Below are positions 57,242 to 64,000 of a stretch of DNA of 64,000 bases, in pieces. Position 1 is the first letter of the stretch, and each line of letters starts with the position of its first letter. The notes beneath the pieces were generated by a model. It saw only the letters and a list, made by a program, of their open reading frames with translations, was not told the DNA's origin and did not search any database. Both the position numbers and the translations under genes were made by a program. This DNA comes from Phoronis australis (Eukaryota > Animalia > Phoronida): NCBI GenBank assembly GCA_002633005.1, contig NMRA01000034.1:1235207-1299206 (forward strand). The letters run 5' to 3'.

Positions 57242-57837
57242 GCAACTATGTTTACATCCAGTTTTAGTTGCTATGTCATACGAGTGTTTGGCGATTCAAG
57301 TCTATAATGAATATATGGGGACAGTGTATATTGAATTCTATATCTGAAATCATGTTATGTTAAAAACCACACTTCAATTCCCTTTACTGCCTTCATTGAT
57401 ATGTTACTCTGTGCACCCAATACTGTTGACATGTCACTGAAGATGGTTACAGGTGGTTAGTTATTGAGTGTGATGATTAAAATTCAGTCAAGACATGTTA
57501 ACATGCCATTAATGATTCAGGTTGTTTTACAGCGAATAAGAAAGCATCAGTAGGTATTCAGGCAAAGTATACAGTCTTTCATGTTGTAACTATCGAAGTG
57601 TATTTCTTATCTTTCTCTTTCTGTTGCTGGCATGGTACACTCTGTCGTAGGTGTTTTCGGTTTATTAAAAGCTGAATTTGTGTCTTTGGGAGTGAGTGCA
57701 CATTCTAACAGTTTCCTTCACAATGCATGCTATGATATTTCAAACTCAAGTACTGTTCCAATTCATCAATGGTCATGGCAGTGATTGTCCAATGAGCTTC
57801 TACAGTAACTGGTTAGTTCAGTTTTAAGATACATGTA

Positions 57838-58454
57838 CTTATGACCCCAGAAAAATGTCCAATTTTGGAACATCATATCCCAGAAATGGCTGCTGGAGAT
57901 CGTATTCACATGAAACTTTTTTTAAATGTACTTTAACACAGTTCTTCATAACTGTTTTAGGACTTGTTTTTAAAATGTTCCACTTTTGCATGAGGGGCTA
58001 TCAAGAATAGGACATATGTTTTTTTCATGAAAAGTCTTTGAAGCTGCATCAAATGAAAAAAACTCAAACTGTGGCTTTTTTGAGATTAATTTGTTTTGAA
58101 CATTCATCATACAAAATTTGGTCATGTTTTGACCTTGTACCTTTCTTTTTTGCTAATTTCCTAAAAAGTAATCACGTGAACTTATTTGTGGTTGATTGAA
58201 TAAATTTAAAAATAAAATTCTAAAGTGCTTTGATGACCATTCACCTCTACCTGCTTTATTTGTTTTGAAGTTAAACCTTGAATGTTTTCCATGAGACCTA
58301 ATGAGACACTTGATATTTACATGTACTAGGTGGTGCTTGTGAAGAATGGATCTTTCATCTGCTAGGAAAATCCAAAATTCTTCAACAAGTTGGGAGACTG
58401 TGGGATACTGGTGCTTTGTTAACTGCATGCATGCACGCAAATGGGACCATTGCG
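57838..58454 (-). mobile_element. Transib-like fragment (copy 2)
   Basis: Homologous to 33050-33340; possible degenerate end CGCAATGGTCCC at 58443-58454. Confidence 0.45.
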
Positions 58455-59621
58455 TCACATGCGCCACCTGGTGAATTTCGAGCTACCCATTAAATTTAAT
58501 GCATCTGAAATCTGTTTTGAAAATTTCTGATGTGAAATTATTGCACTGGTACTCAATTCAATTCTGAACCTATTCACAAGCAAAGAGCAAGTAAGATGGT
58601 TCCTTCTTGAAAGTGCACAACTCTGAAATTGCATGTCCACGGGTTGGTGCTACTTGTAAAATGTTTGCAATTTACTGTGTGCCCTTATTACCTGATTGTG
58701 TGCCTGATTGTAGAAACATTAAACTGGATGGATACATTATTGATCTTTAATGAACATATTTAAGATCTTAGGATGTTTCAAGAAATGTTCTGACCTAAAA
58801 TGTCATCATATGTTTGTGACAAAGAATTAACTATCTTAAATATATTTTTCAATTCGTTTTCAGCCCATAGCTTTCATAGTGACAGAAACATGTAACTTGC
58901 TCCAACTACGTACAAATTGAGGTATTCCACATATTTTGGGCCTTGTTGACCAATCAATTCATTCATCATTAATTTTGTTTTACTTCAGGGCTGCCTACTA
59001 TAACAGATTTTTCTTGTACATTCTTTTTGAGCCTAAATATCTCTACGCATGGATTTTCAAATATTATGGATTTTGAGCATTAATTTGTTTTCCTTCAAAA
59101 ACATCTGATAAAAGTTTAAAATATCTTGTAAGAACCAGATCATGAAAGATGAATGCAGAAAATACTGGAAAGTGGCAGTACGGATAGTCAGGAATGCAAG
59201 ATTTAGATGAGATGATGTATTATGAGTGCTTTCATTAATGTAATTTTCATACAAACTTTACCTTTCATTATAGGTCAATTGCTGTTGCTTTGTGAAAGAC
59301 TGACCATTGAAAATTGCCCTTACTTTGCTTTGCTTTGCGGGGTATCATCTGCTTTGGAAATCGTGTTAAGATACGGAGAGCGAAATTTCGTAGGTGAATA
59401 TTATGAGGAATTGGATTTCATAGGAAGTGTGATAAAGGAATTCGCTGCATTTCGTCAAACTGAGAACCTGGCACCCACCACATTGGCATGGAATGGATAA
59501 GGAATGACAAGATGTTGAGATTTGTAGGACCTGGTTACTTAACACTAATGAACACTCAGATGAAATGCCCATGGGTGTTTATTTGGCGTTACAACTTTCT
59601 GGTGTCAAGTGTCCAGATATT

Positions 59622-59845
59622 GGGGGCATTTATTCAGAAAATTTCCTCTTAAAAGCCTACTCAGCATCAACTTTTTGTCACAAAATCAGTTTTGTGAAGC
59701 ATTTATCATTTATAGAAACGAACAAGGTGTTGGCAAATTATGCATTTATTAACATGAAATTTAAAAACACAGTTTTAAGTAAAAAATGTTAAAGTCAGCA
59801 AAACTGACTTTCCATTTACACACCTTTTTCTGAATAAATGCCCGG
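59622..59845. mobile_element. MITE (~220 bp)
   Basis: GGGCATTTATTCAGAAAA ... TTTTCTGAATAAATGCCC, 18-bp perfect inverted repeat. Confidence 0.75.
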
Positions 59846-59859
59846 GCATTGATTTGGTG

Positions 59860-60350
59860 TTACTAAATTGCCTAAAAATTTTCATTTTCCAAATACACGT
59901 CCATGGGCTTATCTAGGGTATCAGTATTAGCCATTTGTTTGTTCTGGTTTGCCTCTACATTTTTGGAGTTCCTTAATGAATTCTTATTTAGCTAAGAATT
60001 CTCTATTTGGGAAATTACACCTCATTTTTGGACAAATTTGACCTATTCTTTGCCATCTAATGGCCATTTTTATAATATGTATAAACACCCCTCAAAGCAT
60101 GGCGTTTGCAGTGGTGTCCGCGTCCCTGTCTGCTTAACTGCTTGAACAGTTGTGAAAGTTGGCGCACCTATTCGTAATGAGAAGAGATTGGCAGACATTA
60201 ATTTCTGTCCTTTATAGTGCCACCCAGTGGCAATTTTATTTTTGTACATGCCGCAATACTTAACAAGTTTTTGATGGATCTTCATGAAGTTTGGCATATG
60301 TGTTGTTACTGAGGAAATTCTGGCCGGTAACTGTGACATCCCTTATGGCA
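59860..60350 (+). mobile_element. HINE-like monomer fragment
   Basis: GTGCCACCCAGTGGCAATTTT at 60217; TTCATGAAGTTTGGCATATG. Confidence 0.55.
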
Positions 60351-62254
60351 AATTGTCACTGCATCTGTGCTCAGTTTTTATACATAGTGGGGCTGATCAG
60401 TGCTCTCCATTGCTCGTGTAGTTATTGTTTAGGCCTGCCCTTTGATCCCTTGCTGCATGGAAATTCATATTATTTGCTACCAAGCTTGGTCCACAAAAAG
60501 ACATGTGACCACACTTTTGAAGAGAAAGGTAAAAATTTGTGCACAAAGGTTATTAGCAGGTACTTGACTGGAAAATTGCTGAGTCAGATTTATCAGATGG
60601 TCACAGAAACCACTGTACAGTAAATGGCGCCCAGGTGATTTTCCATTTGTGTGGGTGCTGATGGTCACTCCTACTAATATTTAAAGAAACAGGTTGCTTA
60701 CTGTTAAGTTTCTTCTATTTAGAACACTTTATTTTATTTTATTTTTTGTTCAAAACTAAGCAAAATGATCTTTTTACTCTGCCTGTTTGTACTGTTTTGT
60801 ATACAGTACAGCTTCCATCAAGAAATGTGATGTGATTTGGAGTATTTACCAGGTAGCAATGGAGAGACCTTTTGAATAATGTGAATTGGCAGTTATGACA
60901 ATTGTTTTTTTTTTCTAATTTGAGGATTAACATTATGGTGACATGTTTCAGCACGATGTACCTTGACTTGCTTTGATTTATTATGGTTGTACAATGGACT
61001 TTATTTACTGCATGGTGATGGAGGGAAGTGGACAAATACAGTTAACTGTGCTAGTAATCGCTTATTCTTATGATTAGGATTGTGATGTGTCAGCAAAAAA
61101 AAACATTTGAAAGCTAAATGATCAATAAGATCGTATCTAGCTGGTGCGCGCATGTTAAAAATACACTTTTGTTTTAATCTGAATCCAAAACATGTACCCT
61201 TTAAGATTATCTTTCCACACTTCATAATGAACTTGGCTATCACCACCATAACAGCACAGTGAACGGCACTGTCATTATGCGGGACGCTACGATTGCGACA
61301 TCGTTTATTGAACTTAAAGATCGGCCCTTATTTGACATTTCATTTACCATAATAAAACAGAACAAGGACGTCATTATGGGCCTGCATGTAGCATGCGCAC
61401 TGAACTACAGACACATATACCGGGGGTACATCTCCGTCAGTGTAACAGCGGCTACACGTACTTATACACGTTATATGGCTTACTTACAAAAATTCGCAAC
61501 ATTATTATAAATTGTGGCGGCTGCAGCCATCAAAAATGCCCAAGGTTGGACCAAGTGCAACCAAGAGTGATCGTTAGTGATTTTGTTCTCTAATAACTCA
61601 TTAGGCAAATTTTGGCTTTATAGTGCACTGGCGGAAGTAGACGACTGAAAAAGCGTGGACCATTTATCTCGGAGTATCCCAAAGCGAGTTGAGTTTTCGG
61701 CACATCAAGGCTTTCGCTATATATTATCAGGATTATTTGGCTTGTAGCTGACTCGTTGGACGAGATAATTCACGTGGTCTTAAACCGACACGCCTCTTTA
61801 GCGTACGAATTTCCAAGTCAAAAAACGAACTATATGAAATGCAAACGATCATCTGAACTTGACATATGGCTGTTCATAAAATTGAAAAGTAAATAGTAAG
61901 AGCCGTCTATAGAATTTAACTGAGCATCGCGGCAGAATCGCCGGAATAGGACTGATCGACGTGCTAGTCAATGAATCTGGCTTCTCGCTTAGACGTTGTA
62001 ACAACCACTCCAAATGTTAGTGTAGTAGTTGTCTCGTGTAAGTTTCCACAAATGAAAAAACATTACATTGACAGAGAGTGTGGGGTTATTTTTTTTGACA
62101 CTAAACTAGACTATTCCGGCGCTCTGGATTTTGGGCTTGCTCAGTGGCCTCGGCTATTCCTATACCGTAGCCTACCACTGATGCGGCTCGGTGGGCCAGC
62201 CAAGTAGATCGATCAGAACGGCCTGGTACCCAATCACTGGCATACCTACTCATG

Positions 62255-62980
62255 CATAGGCGGATTTAGGGAGGCCCCCCCCCTTGGCTGCGGCAAAAAA
62301 CACGGTAAGAACGTAGGGAAATGTTGAGTTTATTAATTAACCCCGGTAATTAAAATTATGCGGATGAAAAAACAAAAGCTGTTGGTAAGATGTGAATTTT
62401 AATCGAAGCCTTAGTGAATCACTCAGAAACTCGCAATACTTTGTTTGTCAAACCTTATCTTAGGATGATTTCCAAAGCAATCCCGCCATTATTGCCATCA
62501 CAAAAAACGGATTTGGTCTTTTGGGCACTTGAAGACTATTTTAAATACGACAAATTTGTTAAGAATTGACGGCACAAAATATAAAACGTGTAATAAGCAT
62601 TACAAAAAGAAGTAGGCCTGGTTTCGCGCGCAAACGTTGTGGACCATAAGCAAGTAGGTCTCTTATCATAAGATTAGTAGTTAATTCGCCAGTGTAGTGG
62701 TAGTACGCGCACTCTAACCGACAGGTCGTGAGAATCTTTGAAACTTGAATTTTAACTTTAGACACGTTCTCCGTTTTTTTTTTGCCTTCTTTTCTTGGAT
62801 AATACTTCAGGAATCAAGGAAAATGCTTGATTTTTAGAGGTAAAAACAGAAAAATTTCCTGAGCGACCTCCCCCCATTCGGTGCTATGCGTATCTATAGT
62901 TGATTGTGGTTCACTTTGCGCAAATGCTTACAGCTGGACAAAATGTTGGCCCCCCTTGTGATATCCTAGATCCGCCACTG
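62255..62980. mobile_element. non-autonomous TIR element (hAT-like) with 5-bp target-site duplication
   Basis: CATAGGCGGATTTAGG ... CCTAGATCCGCCACTG, flanked on both sides by TCATG; subterminal GCCCCCC motifs. Confidence 0.7.
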
Positions 62981-63350
62981 TCATGCACTTCTAGACTAGT
63001 AGGCCTAGTAGCTAATATAGTCCACCCTCAGTGCATTTTTGCCAGCTCGCCGAATTTCGGACTTAACTTGGTATTCCTTTTGAATTAACCGATAGAAATC
63101 ACCGATTTTTACTGTCACCGTCGCTTCTAGAACTGGCTAAGAAACCTCGGAGCTCGCAACCCGCAGATACTAGCCTGGTTGTTGGCTGCAAAGCCTGGAT
63201 TGGTATGCCAGGTATACGTGCGGTAGTTCGTTACCGCATTGCTCAGTCAGATCCCGCGGCCTCTCCGCGTTGGTGGACCTGTAGTGACTGAAATTGTGCT
63301 CTCGTCAGCGAAATCACAAAACCAGGCTGTGCAGTACTGAAAAGTAGGCA

Positions 63351-63397
63351 ATGCAGTGGAATGCAAATTGGTTTTTATTTCTCCTATTTGGCTTCAA
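63351..63397 (+). CDS. possible first coding exon (signal-peptide-like) of a gene running off the window end
   Basis: MQWNANWFLFLLFGF followed by a gtaaga donor, inside the CpG-rich region 63040-63620. Confidence 0.3.
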
Positions 63398-64000
63398 GTA
63401 AGATTTGGTAACCTAAGATTTTAGAAAACCTCCGATTCATTTAAAGCCGTCCAAGCTCGGCGGGTACACCGTTGCGTGGCGCTGTTCTAGTAGGCCTCGC
63501 TGGTTCCCTGCGTGCCGCTAGGTGGGGCTAGCCGCGCCAGCACGCAGGTATCACTTAAATTTCCTCTGTAAATTTTTTTACACCGGCGTTTCTGATTGGC
63601 TAGTCGATTCGTCAACAGGCAGCGCTTTGCGCAAACAAACTGACATGGCTGATGGACTGAAGTGTAAATGTGGTCTGTTGTACAGACAAACCGGTGCTTA
63701 AAATTATGTTCAGGAAATGTGAAGCCTAGAAATTGTGATTGAGCCTTTTCGGAATGCATCTTTCTACTGTCGATGACTTTTGTTTACGATAGTGTCCTTA
63801 TACAGTATGAATAACACACCGTATGATGTGTTTATTGTGCATGTATGTGCTTCAAGCACGCGGCTATTAAACATCACTGCACAAACGAAATAGTTGCTGC
63901 GACGCCACTTGCATGACAAGGCTAAAATCATTCACAGTCTGCCATTTTTTTCACGGTGTTGTAAAGCTAACCAATGACTGCCAAGATTACATCGACCAAT

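Overview
AT-rich, intron-rich animal (invertebrate-like) genomic DNA, not prokaryotic; most ORFs in the supplied track are spurious. I reconstructed three complete spliced genes by hand, each with consistent intron phases and GT-AG ends. They are METTL2 (+, 10 coding exons, 3629-13593, 362 aa, tRNA m3C methyltransferase), a SENP1/2-like SUMO protease (-, 19 coding exons, 37009-15391, 694 aa) and FAM185A (+, 9 coding exons, 44234-56523, 398 aa). METTL2 and SENP are tail-to-tail; SENP and FAM185A are head-to-head across a CpG-rich region containing a 236-N gap. Possible first exons of further genes sit at both window edges. The most interesting signals are non-coding. (1) A DINE-1/HINE-like (Helentron-type) repeat family has ~150-bp tandem monomers that each carry a CTCF-consensus motif, and every intronic copy is co-oriented with its host gene. 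(2) Several Penelope-like retroelement remnants form inverted-repeat hairpins with minimal hammerhead ribozyme cores. MITEs, a ~600-bp foldback element, Transib-like ends and minisatellites are also present. Repeat boundaries are approximate, and all family names come from recognition, not database search.
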